A DNA stretch of 64,000 nucleotides from Rhodospirillaceae bacterium (lineage in GTDB: Bacteria > Pseudomonadota > Alphaproteobacteria > UBA828), in assembly GCA_018666805.1 (NCBI GenBank), contig JABIXB010000205.1:12889-76888 (forward strand), written 5' to 3'. Shown here piece by piece: positions 19,012 through 29,165 of this stretch (position 1 is the first letter of the stretch; the number at the start of each line of letters is the position of its first letter). The notes under the pieces are model-generated. The model searched no databases. It saw only the letters and a program-made list of their open reading frames with translations, and was not told the DNA's origin. The position numbers and the translations under genes were made by a program.

Positions 19012-20859
19012 TCAGGCGCTTGTTTCGTCTTTGCCGTCCTCTTCACCGCCCTCAGCCGCTTCAGCTTCCGCCTCGGCAGCGTCATCAGCATTGTCTTCAG
19101 CCGGTGCTTCATCGGCAGCTTCTGCTTCCGGTGTGGCTTCAACTTCCGCTGCCGCTTCCTGCTTACGGCTAATCGCCGCGCCGAGAATATCGCCAAGGCT
19201 GGCGCCGGAATCGGTCGAGCCATATTCCTCAACCGCCTGCTTCTCTTCCTCGACCTCAAGCGCCTTGATCGAGAGGGTGATACGCCGCCCGCCACGATCG
19301 ATCTGCATCAGCTTGGCGTCGAACTTATCACCGACGGCAAAGCGGTCGGGGCGCTGCTCGTTGCGGTCGCGCGCCAGATCGGAACGGCGGACAAAGCCCG
19401 GCAGGCCGTCCAGCACTTCGACGTCGATGCCTTGATCGCTCACTGCCGTCACCGTGCAGGTGACCGGCTGGCCGCGTTTGCCATGCGCCACCTGGAAGGG
19501 ATCGTTGTCGAGCTGCTTGATGCCGAGACCGATGCGCTCTTTCTCGATATCGATCGAGAGCACTTTGACTTTGGTCTTGTCACCCTTGCTGAATTTCTGG
19601 ATCGCGGTTTCACCCGGTACCGCCCAATCGATATCGGACAAATGCACCATGCCGAATATCTCGCCCGACAGTTCGACGAACAGGCCGAACTCGGTGATGT
19701 TCTTGATCTCGCCCTCAAGAACCGTGCCTTCCGGATTGTTCTCTTCGAACGATGTCCACGGATTGTCGAGGCATTGCTTGAGACCGAGGCTGATGCGCCG
19801 CTTGTCGGGATCGACATCGAGCACCATGACTTCGACTTCCTGGCTGGTCGAAACGATCTTGCCGGGATGGACGTTCTTCTTGGTCCAACTCATCTCGGAG
19901 ACATGGACGAGGCCCTCAACGCCGGGCTCGAGCTCAACAAATGCACCATAATCGGTGATGTTGGTCACCCGGCCGGTATATTTGGCGCTGATCGGGTACT
20001 TGGCCGCGACGCCCTCCCACGGATCGGCCTCGAGCTGCTTCATGCCGAGGGAAATACGCTGGGTCTCGGAATTGAAACGGATCACCTGCACCTTGACGCT
20101 CTGGCCGATTTGCAACGCATCTGTCGGATGGTTGACGCGGCGCCAGGCAATATCGGTGACATGCAATAGGCCATCGACGCCTCCCAAATCGACGAATGCG
20201 CCGTAATCGGTGATATTTTTGACAATACCCTCGAGCACTTGGCCTTCGTGCAGATTGGCGATCAACTCGTTGCGCTGCTCAGCGCGGGTGTCTTCCAACA
20301 CGGCGCGGCGCGAGACAACGATATTGCCGCGCCGGCGGTCCATTTTCAAAATCTGGAAGGGCTGCTCGGTGCCGATCAGCGGCTGGATATCGCGCACCGG
20401 GCGGATATCAACTTGGCTGCCTGGCAGAAACGCCACGGCGCCATCGAGATCGACGGTGAAGCCGCCTTTGACCCGGCCAAAAATGACGCCATCGACGCGC
20501 AAACCGTCTTCATGGGCCTTTTCGAGTTTTTCCCAGGCTTCTTCGCGGCGCGCGCGCTCACGGCTGAGCACTGCTTCGCCGCGGCGATTTTCGATGCGTT
20601 CAATGAAAACCTCGACTTTGTCGCCGACTTTAAGCTCGGCCGGCTGGCCGGGAGCTGCGAATTCCTTCAGTGGCACCCGTCCCTCGACCTTGAGACCGAC
20701 ATCAATCAATGCCGCGTCATTATCGATGGAAAGCACCGTGCCTTTGATCAGGCGGCCTTCGAACTTGGCGCTATCGCCGACAAATTCGTCGAGCATCTCG
20801 GCGAAGTTTTCGGTGCTGGGCGCTTGCTCCTCGGAAGTCTCAGAGGTTTGCGTTGTCAT
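19012..20859 (-). CDS. rpsA: 30S ribosomal protein S1
   Basis: Six S1 repeats (GxV.G.V..I...GAFV pattern); 615 aa; acidic C-terminal tail. Confidence 0.95.
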   Translation of the reverse strand: MTTQTSETSEEQAPSTENFAEMLDEFVGDSAKFEGRLIKGTVLSIDNDAALIDVGLKVEGRVPLKEFAAPGQPAELKVGDKVEVFIERIENRRGEAVLSRERARREEAWEKLEKAHEDGLRVDGVIFGRVKGGFTVDLDGAVAFLPGSQVDIRPVRDIQPLIGTEQPFQILKMDRRRGNIVVSRRAVLEDTRAEQRNELIANLHEGQVLEGIVKNITDYGAFVDLGGVDGLLHVTDIAWRRVNHPTDALQIGQSVKVQVIRFNSETQRISLGMKQLEADPWEGVAAKYPISAKYTGRVTNITDYGAFVELEPGVEGLVHVSEMSWTKKNVHPGKIVSTSQEVEVMVLDVDPDKRRISLGLKQCLDNPWTSFEENNPEGTVLEGEIKNITEFGLFVELSGEIFGMVHLSDIDWAVPGETAIQKFSKGDKTKVKVLSIDIEKERIGLGIKQLDNDPFQVAHGKRGQPVTCTVTAVSDQGIDVEVLDGLPGFVRRSDLARDRNEQRPDRFAVGDKFDAKLMQIDRGGRRITLSIKALEVEEEKQAVEEYGSTDSGASLGDILGAAISRKQEAAAEVEATPEAEAADEAPAEDNADDAAEAEAEAAEGGEEDGKDETSA

Positions 20860-20968
20860 CTGTTCTCCTGTCCAATCATTTTCATCTCTATAGCCCGGCC
20901 CCCATGGCCCGGCTGGGGAATGCTCTCAAATACGCGGCAAGCGGCGGAACCCGTAGCGATTGGCTGGG

Positions 20969-21604
20969 CTACCCGACCCGCGCCGCGATATATGAAAGCG
21001 CCAAATCAAACACCTCGTCCGGTGAAAGACCTGTGGTATCGATCGTGAGTGCATCTTCCGCCGCCTTCAACGGCGCGACCGCGCGTCCGCTGTCACGGGC
21101 GTCGCGATCCTTCATTTCTTGCAAAACGCGCGATTCTATACTCTCCACGCCGCGTAATCGCAACTCTTTCGCGCGCCGCGCCGCACGTGTTTCTGCCGAG
21201 GCCTCAAGATAAATCTTACCGGTGGCTTCCGGGCAGACCACCGTGCCGATATCGCGGCCATCCAAAACCGCCCCTGGCGGGGTCGCGGCGAAGTCGCGTT
21301 GATAGGCCAAAAGGGCCGCGCGGACCGGCGGATGAGCGGACAGGATCGAGGCCGCCTGACCGACCTCCTCGTCGCGCAAATGGGGCGATTTCAGATCATT
21401 TTCAGCAAGATTTCGCGCCGCGGCCTCGGCGGTGGCGGCATCCGCCGGATCCCCGCCGCTCTCTAACAGGCGCACGGCGGCGGCGCGGTAAAGCCCACCG
21501 GTGTCGAGATGGCGGAGCGTAAAATGATCGGCCAACCGACGCGCCAGAGTGCCTTTACCGGAAGCCGCCGGGCCATCGACAGCGATTATTATTGCTTCAG
21601 ACAT
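20969..21604 (-). CDS. cmk: Cytidylate kinase
   Basis: IIAVDGPAASGKGT P-loop. Start placed at MSEAIIIAV; it overlaps the aroA stop by 8 bp. Confidence 0.9.
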   Translation of the reverse strand: MSEAIIIAVDGPAASGKGTLARRLADHFTLRHLDTGGLYRAAAVRLLESGGDPADAATAEAAARNLAENDLKSPHLRDEEVGQAASILSAHPPVRAALLAYQRDFAATPPGAVLDGRDIGTVVCPEATGKIYLEASAETRAARRAKELRLRGVESIESRVLQEMKDRDARDSGRAVAPLKAAEDALTIDTTGLSPDEVFDLALSYIAARVG

Positions 21605-23000
21605 TGTTGATATTTCCACCCAAATTATTCATCAATTCGACGAAGCCCGGGAAACTGGTGGCGATCGGCGCACCGTCATCGATGGTAATGCTGCCCTGCG
21701 ATGCCATGCCAAGCACCAGAAAGGCCATGGCGATGCGGTGATCGAGGCGGCTTTCGATTTGCGCCCCGCCGGGTGGCGGACCGCCGGCACCATCGATCAA
21801 TATATCGTCACCATCCGCCGCCACCCGAACGCCGCAGGCGGTGAGCCCCTCAACGATCGCGGCGAAGCGGTCGCTTTCTTTGTGGCGTAATTCACCGAGG
21901 CCGCGGAGACGGCTCTCTCCGTGCGCATAGGCCGCGAGGATGGCGAGGATGGGATATTCATCGATCATACTTGGTACGCGTGCAGCCGGCACATCGATGG
22001 CGCGTAATTCGGAGGCGCTGACGGCAATATCGGCAGCCGGCTCGCCCGAGAGCTCGCGCGCCTCAAGCAATTCGACCTTGCCACCCATCTCGGCGACGCA
22101 ATCGAGCAGACCTGAGCGCAGCGGATTGATGCCGACATTCTTAAGCAGCACGTTGGAGCCCGGCACGATCAGCGCAGCGCCAAGCGGGAAGGCGGCGGAG
22201 CTGATATCGGCCGGCACCGATAGATCGGCGGCGCGTAATTCCGGCTGCCCGGCCAGGGTGATCCTGCGCCCGCCGGACGCTTCCTCCTCAACTCGCACAT
22301 CGGCGCCAAAATGGCGCAACATGCGCTCGCTATGATCGCGGCTCGGCGCCGGCTCGATGATGCTGGTCTCGCCCGGCGCCGCCAGGCCAGCCAGCAGGAC
22401 CGCCGATTTCACCTGGGCCGAGGCGACCGGAAGGGTGTATTCAATCGGCAAAAGATCATTGCTGCCGGTGAGCGCCAGCGGCAGGCGGCAGGCACTGCGC
22501 GCGGTGATCTTGGCGCCCATGCGCCTAAGCGGCTCTGCCACCCGCTTCATTGGCCGCGACAGCAGCGAATCATCGCCACTAAAATAACTGGTGAAGGCAT
22601 GGCCGGCAGCGATCCCCATGAGGAGGCGCACCGCGGTGCCGGCATTGCCGAGATCAAGCACACGCGCCGGTTCGGCAAAACCACCGACGCCAACGCCCCA
22701 GACACGCCATTTGCCCGGGCCCTGGCAGTCGAGCTCGACACCATATTCACGCAGCGCGCCCGCTGTCGCCAACACATCGCCGCCCTCGAGCAGGCCGTGG
22801 ATGTGCGTTTCACCGACCGCGAGCGCGCCAAACATCAAAGCGCGGTGCGAAATGGACTTATCGCCCGGCAAAACGGCCTCGCCAGCCAAAGCCGCCGCTG
22901 TCGCCGAAACCAGCGGATTAGCGCTCGCCGCAGCCCGTTCCCCGGCGCCAATTTCTGGCGCACTGGATTGATCTAAAATGATTTGTTCGCTTTTCTTCAC
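21597..23000 (-). CDS. aroA: 3-phosphoshikimate 1-carboxyvinyltransferase (EPSP synthase)
   Basis: LPGDKSISHRALMFGALA, LGNAGTA.R and HRIAMAF motifs; 467 aa. The true start may lie slightly internal. Confidence 0.9.
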   Translation of the reverse strand: MKKSEQIILDQSSAPEIGAGERAAASANPLVSATAAALAGEAVLPGDKSISHRALMFGALAVGETHIHGLLEGGDVLATAGALREYGVELDCQGPGKWRVWGVGVGGFAEPARVLDLGNAGTAVRLLMGIAAGHAFTSYFSGDDSLLSRPMKRVAEPLRRMGAKITARSACRLPLALTGSNDLLPIEYTLPVASAQVKSAVLLAGLAAPGETSIIEPAPSRDHSERMLRHFGADVRVEEEASGGRRITLAGQPELRAADLSVPADISSAAFPLGAALIVPGSNVLLKNVGINPLRSGLLDCVAEMGGKVELLEARELSGEPAADIAVSASELRAIDVPAARVPSMIDEYPILAILAAYAHGESRLRGLGELRHKESDRFAAIVEGLTACGVRVAADGDDILIDGAGGPPPGGAQIESRLDHRIAMAFLVLGMASQGSITIDDGAPIATSFPGFVELMNNLGGNINNV

Positions 23001-23150
23001 ACTGAGTCTCTAACATAAGCTTGGCCGCCGGAAAACGAAGTGGCATGGCCAATGTCATTTTATTTTTGACAGAGTCTTCTTTACGTGGCAATTCGGCACA
23101 CGCATTTGCTTGTCCGTGCGTATCCAAAGTCATAAGGGGAGAGATTAATC

Positions 23151-23531
23151 GTGGCGAATCCAAAATGGGGCACCAAACGTATGTGCCTCGGCTGCGGTAA
23201 ACGATTTTACGACATGCAGCGCAGTCCGATCGCATGTCCATCCTGCGATGCGCCGTTCGAAATCATCCCGCCGGGAAGAACGAGACGCCAGCGTGCCCCT
23301 GTCGAAGTGGTGGCCGCACCCGTCGTCGAGACACCCGTCGCTGCCCCCGTTGAAGTGGAGGGCGAGGAAGTGAAACCGGTCGAAGACGAGACCGGCGGCA
23401 CGGAAGATATTGCTGAGGCCGACGAAAAAGACGCCGAAACCCTGGAGGATCCATCGGAATTAGGCGAGGACGAAGACGACGTCGCCGAAGTTCTCGACGG
23501 CATGGAAGAACCGGACAAGACGGACATTTGA
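23151..23531 (+). CDS. TIGR02300-type protein: N-terminal zinc ribbon (FYDL motif) with an acidic C-terminal tail
   Basis: MANPKWGTKRMCLGCGKRFYDMQRSPIACPSCDAPF, then a D/E-rich tail. This conserved alphaproteobacterial protein is commonly divergent from aroA. Confidence 0.7.
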   Translation: MANPKWGTKRMCLGCGKRFYDMQRSPIACPSCDAPFEIIPPGRTRRQRAPVEVVAAPVVETPVAAPVEVEGEEVKPVEDETGGTEDIAEADEKDAETLEDPSELGEDEDDVAEVLDGMEEPDKTDI

Positions 23532-23606
23532 GAAAGAAATCTTGTCCCGGACTTGCGCGAACGCCTGGCGTTCCATATTTTTGAACCAGCGCGCGCAAAA
23601 TCGCAT

Positions 23607-23682
<76 letters not shown>

Positions 23683-23688
23683 AATCTC

Positions 23689-23718
23689 GGGGAGCCTAGC
23701 TGACACCGGCTAGGCCCC
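23689..23718. terminator. Possible bidirectional hairpin between tRNA-Ala and the convergent DUF1326 gene
   Basis: GGGGAGCCTAGC-tgacacc-GGCTAGGCCCC forms an 11-bp stem with one bulge. Only a weak T-tract (GAGATTT) follows, on the minus-strand side. Confidence 0.3.
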
Positions 23719-23727
23719 TCTACGAAT

Positions 23728-24366
23728 CTAAGCGGCGCTTCTGATGACGCCTTTATTGCCGAGGTGAATTTCGGCGAATTGGCCGTAGCTTTTTTCGAAT
23801 GAGAGCTCAATGGCGCCTGACGTCGTCGTCGTGCCGCTGCCCATTTCAGCCAACTCAAATTCGAACCCATGTGGCAAATCAATGCGCGCGCGGTGGATGT
23901 TTCCGGTGGCCGGGTTGCGAATCGGCTCACCGATGCCGTCGATCACGCCGGGCACGACGAGACGCGCGGTTCTGTTCTCGACATCTACCTCGAAATCGAT
24001 CGGTAGAAACAGAGGATCATGAATCTTACTCGACATGGTGGTGTAGACAGACCAGACCGTCGTCATGGGCTCGGTTTCCTCGCCCTTCAAAATACGAAAC
24101 ACGGCATCGCGCTGGGCATCGCTCGCGCTTTCATCGATGATGACCTGCATTTCGCCGTCGCCGCCATGCACCGGGCCAGGCCATTTGTAAACGGCGGCCG
24201 CGCGCACGCCATCCAGTTTGACATCCCCAAAATGCCCTTCGTCGATTTGATAGCCGACCGCCGCTTCGCAGGTGCCATGCGTCGGCAGAGCATTGAATTG
24301 ACAGGGGCAACCATAGTCGCAATTGCAATTTGCAAATTCGCGCGCCTTTATTCGCCAATCGATCAT
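23728..24366 (-). CDS. DUF1326 family protein
   Basis: N-terminal FANCNCDYGCPCQF Cys cluster typical of DUF1326; 212 aa. It is the last gene of the minus-strand cluster. Confidence 0.6.
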   Translation of the reverse strand: MIDWRIKAREFANCNCDYGCPCQFNALPTHGTCEAAVGYQIDEGHFGDVKLDGVRAAAVYKWPGPVHGGDGEMQVIIDESASDAQRDAVFRILKGEETEPMTTVWSVYTTMSSKIHDPLFLPIDFEVDVENRTARLVVPGVIDGIGEPIRNPATGNIHRARIDLPHGFEFELAEMGSGTTTTSGAIELSFEKSYGQFAEIHLGNKGVIRSAA

Positions 24367-24388
24367 AAGATTTATCCCTCCCCGGATA

Positions 24389-26026
24389 TTATTGTTCTAT
24401 CGATTCTTTCAGCATGCCCGCCACCATTTGGGCCATCTCCTCTTTGTCGTAGGGCTTCCAAATGATCGGCACGCCTTCCATTACCTGGCCGCTATCGGCG
24501 AGATATTCCTCACGGTAGCCAGACATGAACAGCAGCTTGAGGCCGGGCCTGAGACGCAGGCCAATCTCGGCAACCTGGGGTCCGTTCAGGCCGTGCGGCA
24601 TGGCGATATCGGAAAACAAAAGATCGATACGCTCATTGCCCTCCAATACCGCCTGGGCGGCGCGGCCATCGCCCGCCTCGATCACATGATAGCCCAACTC
24701 GCGCAATAATTTTGCCACCAGATAGCGCACCTCGGCTTCATCCTCGACGAGCAGAATCGACTTCTTCGGCGGGCCGGCACGGGCCACCTTGCCGGGCAAA
24801 TTTTGTTCCGTCGCCTTGGGCAGATAGAGGGCAACCGTGGTGCCTTTGCCGACTTGGCTATCAATTTTGGCGAAGCCGCCCGATTGTTGAGCAAACCCGA
24901 AAACCATACTCAAGCCGAGGCCTGTTCCCTTGCCGACTTCCTTGGTGGTGAAAAAGGGCGTTACCGCGTTTTCGATCAGCTCCGCCGACATACCGATGCC
25001 TTCATCGCGCACCGAGAGCCGCACATAGTCGCCGGCGGCGACATCAAGAAGATTTGCCGCCTCCTGTTCGTCGATGACCGCGTTTTCCGCGATGATCGTA
25101 ATGCTGCCGCCATTGGGCAGTGCATCGCGCGCATTGACCGCAAGGTGGAGAAGTGTGTTGTCGATTTGGCTGCGGTCGGCAAACACCGGCCACAGCGTGT
25201 CGGAAATGCGGGTTTTGACCGCCGCCATTTCACTGACCGCTGCCTGCAGAAGTGGCACCGAATCGGGAATGAGATAATTGAGATAAAGCTGCTCGGGTTC
25301 CAAATGTTGCTTGCGCGAAAAGGCCAATAACCTTTCGGTCAAATCCGCACCGCGTACGGCGCCACGGCGCGCCGCTTCGATCAACTGCAGAATATCGCCA
25401 TCCTGAGGCACGCAATCTTCGAGCAGGTCGAGATTGCCGAGAATCACAAACAGCAGATTATTAAATTCGTGCGCAACATTGCCGGTCAAGCTATCGATCG
25501 CTTCGATATTCTGATTTTGCCGGAATTGCTGTTCGAGCATTTTGCGATCCGTCACGTCCTGCAGAATGCCCTCAATGATCGTCGATTGACCGGCGGAAAT
25601 TGTTTCCGCTTCATAGCGTTCGCTGATATGGCGGATCTGGCCATTGGGCCGGACAATGCGATATTCGAGGTTCGGAATTATCTCGCCAGCCAGCTCCTCT
25701 TGAATGACCGCTCCCACCCGCTCCTTGTCTTCGGGGTGGACCCGCGCCATCAAGGTATCGATGGAGGCAATGTCGGATGCCGGATCAAGGCCAAGAATGC
25801 GAAACAATTCATCCGACCATTTCAACTGGCCACTTTCCATATGCCTTTCAAATAGGCCGATATGGGCGACCTTCTGGGCGTGCCGCAAACGCGATTCACT
25901 GGCGCGCAACGCCTCTTCAACAATTTGTGAATCGGTGACATCGCGCGCACCTTCGCGGTTTAAATCGCGAGGTGGGGATGGCCTGTCGGTGATGTCGCGC
26001 CGAGCCATATCGCTGCCTGGCTCCAT
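24389..26026 (-). CDS. Cytoplasmic hybrid sensor histidine kinase (PAS + HisKA + HATPase_c + REC)
   Basis: No TM segment. PAS region (HIGLFERHMESGQLKWSDELFRILG), H-box NVAHEFNNLL, and the N-box, G1 and G2 (GTGLGLS) motifs. The C-terminal receiver domain has LLVEDE...D...MP...K. Confidence 0.85.
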   Translation of the reverse strand: MEPGSDMARRDITDRPSPPRDLNREGARDVTDSQIVEEALRASESRLRHAQKVAHIGLFERHMESGQLKWSDELFRILGLDPASDIASIDTLMARVHPEDKERVGAVIQEELAGEIIPNLEYRIVRPNGQIRHISERYEAETISAGQSTIIEGILQDVTDRKMLEQQFRQNQNIEAIDSLTGNVAHEFNNLLFVILGNLDLLEDCVPQDGDILQLIEAARRGAVRGADLTERLLAFSRKQHLEPEQLYLNYLIPDSVPLLQAAVSEMAAVKTRISDTLWPVFADRSQIDNTLLHLAVNARDALPNGGSITIIAENAVIDEQEAANLLDVAAGDYVRLSVRDEGIGMSAELIENAVTPFFTTKEVGKGTGLGLSMVFGFAQQSGGFAKIDSQVGKGTTVALYLPKATEQNLPGKVARAGPPKKSILLVEDEAEVRYLVAKLLRELGYHVIEAGDGRAAQAVLEGNERIDLLFSDIAMPHGLNGPQVAEIGLRLRPGLKLLFMSGYREEYLADSGQVMEGVPIIWKPYDKEEMAQMVAGMLKESIEQ

Positions 26027-26096
26027 GAGTATGAAAGTTGGGCTTCAGCCTATTCAATTCATGTGAATGCGTCCAGCTTGCAAGCCGGCGGGTGGA

Positions 26097-26798
26097 TCAG
26101 CCGCGAAATCCCTTGTGCAGCCACCAGGATACTTCGTTCATCGAATAATACGGTTTGTAGTGACGGATGGTGGAATGTTCGACCACGCGGCGGATCTGAT
26201 TGTCGAGGATGTAACCCTCGCCGCCGAGATAGACCACCAGGATGGCGTGGCCGACATTGAGGTTGAGATCCTCCACCACGACGATGCGCAGCTCTTCGAC
26301 CGTATAGCCGAGCGCGCGCAGCGACATATATTTGCTGATCGCGTAATCCTCGCAGTCGCCATCGTGAATGAAGAATTGCTGTGGCGTCGCCCAATAATCC
26401 TCTTTGTTCCAATTACGGATATCGGTGATGTAGCGGATGCTGTTGAGGTAGCGGTTGACCTTGCCGATCTGCTGGCGCCGTGAGGTGGCGGAAAGGTCGC
26501 GGGTCGAATCTAGGAAGGCCTGCCATTTTTTGAGATGGCATTGATTGAAGGTGCGCGCGTCGCACGAACCCTCGGGAATCTGATCGGTTTTGAAATAGCG
26601 CTTGAGCATGCCGCGCCATTTGGGAAAGGCCTTGAGATTGTGGCTGTTAATTTCGCGCGTGCCGAACAGTTTGGGATAGGGACCGGAGCCGGCTTCGAGC
26701 GGCACCAGGCCGCCCCAGGCACCGAGCAACAGCGCCGCCACGATCCCGCCCAGGACCGTCCGCGCCAACCATCTCTCTATCCCCGTTCGATTCGACAT
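26097..26798 (-). CDS. Bacterial transglutaminase-like cysteine proteinase (BTLCP, DUF920), LapG-like periplasmic protease
   Basis: Signal or TM segment, then GDCEDYAISKYMSL (catalytic Cys), HAILVVY (His), ILDN (Asp) and PYYSMN..W. The spacing of these motifs matches LapG-family proteases. Start placed at MSNRTG. Confidence 0.7.
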   Translation of the reverse strand: MSNRTGIERWLARTVLGGIVAALLLGAWGGLVPLEAGSGPYPKLFGTREINSHNLKAFPKWRGMLKRYFKTDQIPEGSCDARTFNQCHLKKWQAFLDSTRDLSATSRRQQIGKVNRYLNSIRYITDIRNWNKEDYWATPQQFFIHDGDCEDYAISKYMSLRALGYTVEELRIVVVEDLNLNVGHAILVVYLGGEGYILDNQIRRVVEHSTIRHYKPYYSMNEVSWWLHKGFRG

Positions 26799-26894
26799 GC
26801 GTTTCGACCGTTCTAATTTCCAACTGCCCGGCATGATGCCAGCGATAACAGTTTTCATTCTGTAATAGTTATCACTGGCAACACTAGAGAATTA

Positions 26895-27947
26895 TTAATC
26901 CCCATTTGCGCCCGGAAAGGCGCGAAAGGCTGTCGGAATGCGCTGAATATCGGCGATCAGGCTGGGTGGCATGTCGGCGCTCAAATGCGGCGCCGTGCTG
27001 GCATAGATGGAGTCCGAAAAGCCGCTAAACCGATCGGCAATCCGCTTCCTAATCTCGCCATGGCAGCCCCATACGGCAAAGAGAGCGAGCACATCATCAG
27101 TGATTTCATCGGCCAAATCCTGCCACTTGCCTTCCTTAACCATGGCGTGGAGCTTGAGGCCGAGATCCTCCAGGCCATGCTCTTGCAAGACCGGCCAGTA
27201 GGCGCGCGTCGAGCCGTAAAAAGCCACCCGCTGACGCACCCAGGCCAGCCTTTCTTCAACCGCCGCTTCATCAGCGCCGGTGGCGATAAATCCGCCGCCG
27301 GTGATCTCGAAGCCGTCGCGCGCCCGCCCCGCCTTCTCAAGGCCGGCCAGCATTATCGGCAAAACGACATTTTCCTGATAGCGCTTGGTGCAAAAGGGAT
27401 GCAGCCGCACGCCATCGCACATTTCCGCCGCAACACGCAGCATCGCCGGGCCAACGGCCCCAATGGTGATGGCCGGCGGCGGCGCAGCCATCACCTCCGG
27501 CACAAAAGCCGGAGTCATCAATGAAAAATTATAATGCTTGCCTTCGAATTGTAGTTTTTCGCCGGTTTTCCAGCACTGCCAGATGGCGCGAAGTGCCTGA
27601 ATATACTCACGCATCCTTGGGCCCGGCGCGCTCCATGGCACGGAAAAGCGGCGCTCATTGTGGCCGCGCACTTGCGTGCCGAGACCAAGTACAAAGCGGC
27701 CGTCGGATGCCGATTGCAGATCCCAGCCGAGATTGGCCATCACCATGGGGCTGCGCGGAAAGGCGATTGCCACGCCGGTGAGAAGGCCGATGCGCCGTGT
27801 CGCCGTGGCGGCGACGCCGAGCGGCAGAAATGGATCATGCCGGTTCTCCATGCCCATCAAGCCGTCAAACCCGGCGTCTTCGGCGGCAATTGCGGCGGCG
27901 GGAACCTTCTTCAGATCGTCCTGCGGTAAGGTGGTGTATATTTTCAT
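26895..27947 (-). CDS. Luciferase-like monooxygenase (LLM class) flavin/F420-dependent oxidoreductase
   Basis: TIM-barrel LLM pattern (GFDGLMGMENR, FVLGLGTQ, GHNERRF); 350 aa. Confidence 0.75.
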   Translation of the reverse strand: MKIYTTLPQDDLKKVPAAAIAAEDAGFDGLMGMENRHDPFLPLGVAATATRRIGLLTGVAIAFPRSPMVMANLGWDLQSASDGRFVLGLGTQVRGHNERRFSVPWSAPGPRMREYIQALRAIWQCWKTGEKLQFEGKHYNFSLMTPAFVPEVMAAPPPAITIGAVGPAMLRVAAEMCDGVRLHPFCTKRYQENVVLPIMLAGLEKAGRARDGFEITGGGFIATGADEAAVEERLAWVRQRVAFYGSTRAYWPVLQEHGLEDLGLKLHAMVKEGKWQDLADEITDDVLALFAVWGCHGEIRKRIADRFSGFSDSIYASTAPHLSADMPPSLIADIQRIPTAFRAFPGANGD

Positions 27948-27955
27948 GCAATGCC

Positions 27956-28576
27956 TCAGCTGAGCTCGATCATGACGTGCTCGCGGTAAGCCTCGCGCGC
28001 CTGCAAACGCTCATACCACGCCATCAGATGGGGCATATCGGGATGCGGGATATCGAGCGCATAGTAACGGTAACAGGCACAGCCAAGCGGGATGTCGGCC
28101 ATCGTCAAATCCGCCCCCGCGACATAGGGCGTGGCCGCCAAATGTTCATCCAAAATGCGCCAATTTCCGGTCATTAGCTCGGCCCCAGCAGCGATCGCCG
28201 CACCATCGCGGTCCTCGGGCGGGGTGCGGATCAGGCCAACGAAAACCGGCGCCATGGGCGGAATGATGGCGCCGAGCATCCAATCCATCCAGCGATCCGC
28301 TGCGGCGCGCGCCGCCACATCCTCGGGCCACAGACTCCCGGCGCCATATTTGGCCGCGAGATAGCGCACCACCGCATTCGATTCCCAAACGATGGTGCCA
28401 TCGTCATCGATGGTGGGAATCAGACCGTTCGGGTTCATAGCCCGGAATTCCACCGTATCGAGGCCGCCAAACTGCCGGCCGACATCGTGGCGCTGATGCT
28501 CAAGCCCAAGCTCAGCCACGGTCCACATCACTTTTTGCACGTTGATGGAGTTATTTCGTCCCCAAACGGTCAGCAT
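27956..28576 (-). CDS. Glutathione S-transferase
   Basis: N-terminal thioredoxin-like GST domain (NSINVQKV...NPNGLIP...ESNAVVRYL) and a C-terminal helical domain; 206 aa. Confidence 0.85.
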   Translation of the reverse strand: MLTVWGRNNSINVQKVMWTVAELGLEHQRHDVGRQFGGLDTVEFRAMNPNGLIPTIDDDGTIVWESNAVVRYLAAKYGAGSLWPEDVAARAAADRWMDWMLGAIIPPMAPVFVGLIRTPPEDRDGAAIAAGAELMTGNWRILDEHLAATPYVAGADLTMADIPLGCACYRYYALDIPHPDMPHLMAWYERLQAREAYREHVMIELS

Positions 28577-28807
28577 ACTATTCTCCCTTAAGCTAATTTA
28601 TATGTATTAAAACAATGGTCTAAGGATTTATCACGGCGAATTGACCTGGAGCACCGCCAAGTTAACCACTTCTTACGAGATTGGGGCGCAATGTGGAACT
28701 TAAGCGTAAAAGCGCCAACGATGAACAACGATAATTTGGACTGCGGAAGGAAAGAGGCCGGTTGGGACTGAGTATTAGGCAATGTCCTCGACTGAAGGAG
28801 AAGTACA

Positions 28808-29146
28808 GTGAAACTTTTAATGGCCTTTATGATAGCGACCACCCTGCTGGCTGTGCCGTTCGCGGCAAAAGCCGAAGAGCCAGTGGATAGTCAATTCGTG
28901 CAAAGTGGCCCCAGGCCCAATTCCTGCGTCCCCCACAAAGTCGCCGTCGATCAGCTCTCGGAAATGTTCAACGAGAAAGTGGTCGGCCTTGGCCTTGGCA
29001 AGAACCAGCAAAGCGTTGTCGAGCTTTATGTCAGCAGTAAAGGCAGCTGGACGATTCTTGTTACGCTCACCAACGGCATGAGCTGCATCGCCGCTGCCGG
29101 TGAGAATTGGACCGATACCGCCGAGCAGGCTGAGCTCGCTTCCTAG
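28808..29146 (+). CDS. Small secreted hypothetical protein (signal peptide, 2 Cys)
   Basis: Signal peptide MKLLMAFMIATTLLAVPFAAKA. GC3-rich coding sequence sits next to an AT-rich leader. No family recognised. Confidence 0.45.
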   Translation: MKLLMAFMIATTLLAVPFAAKAEEPVDSQFVQSGPRPNSCVPHKVAVDQLSEMFNEKVVGLGLGKNQQSVVELYVSSKGSWTILVTLTNGMSCIAAAGENWTDTAEQAELAS

Positions 29147-29165
29147 TCTCTTTTTTAAGCAACGC

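Noticed and set aside
23683-23730. Island attachment-site repeat or integrase next to tRNA-Ala
   Set aside because: No integrase, recombinase or transposase ORF exists anywhere in the window, and no repeat of the tRNA 3' end was seen. Island status is therefore reported only as a weak inference.
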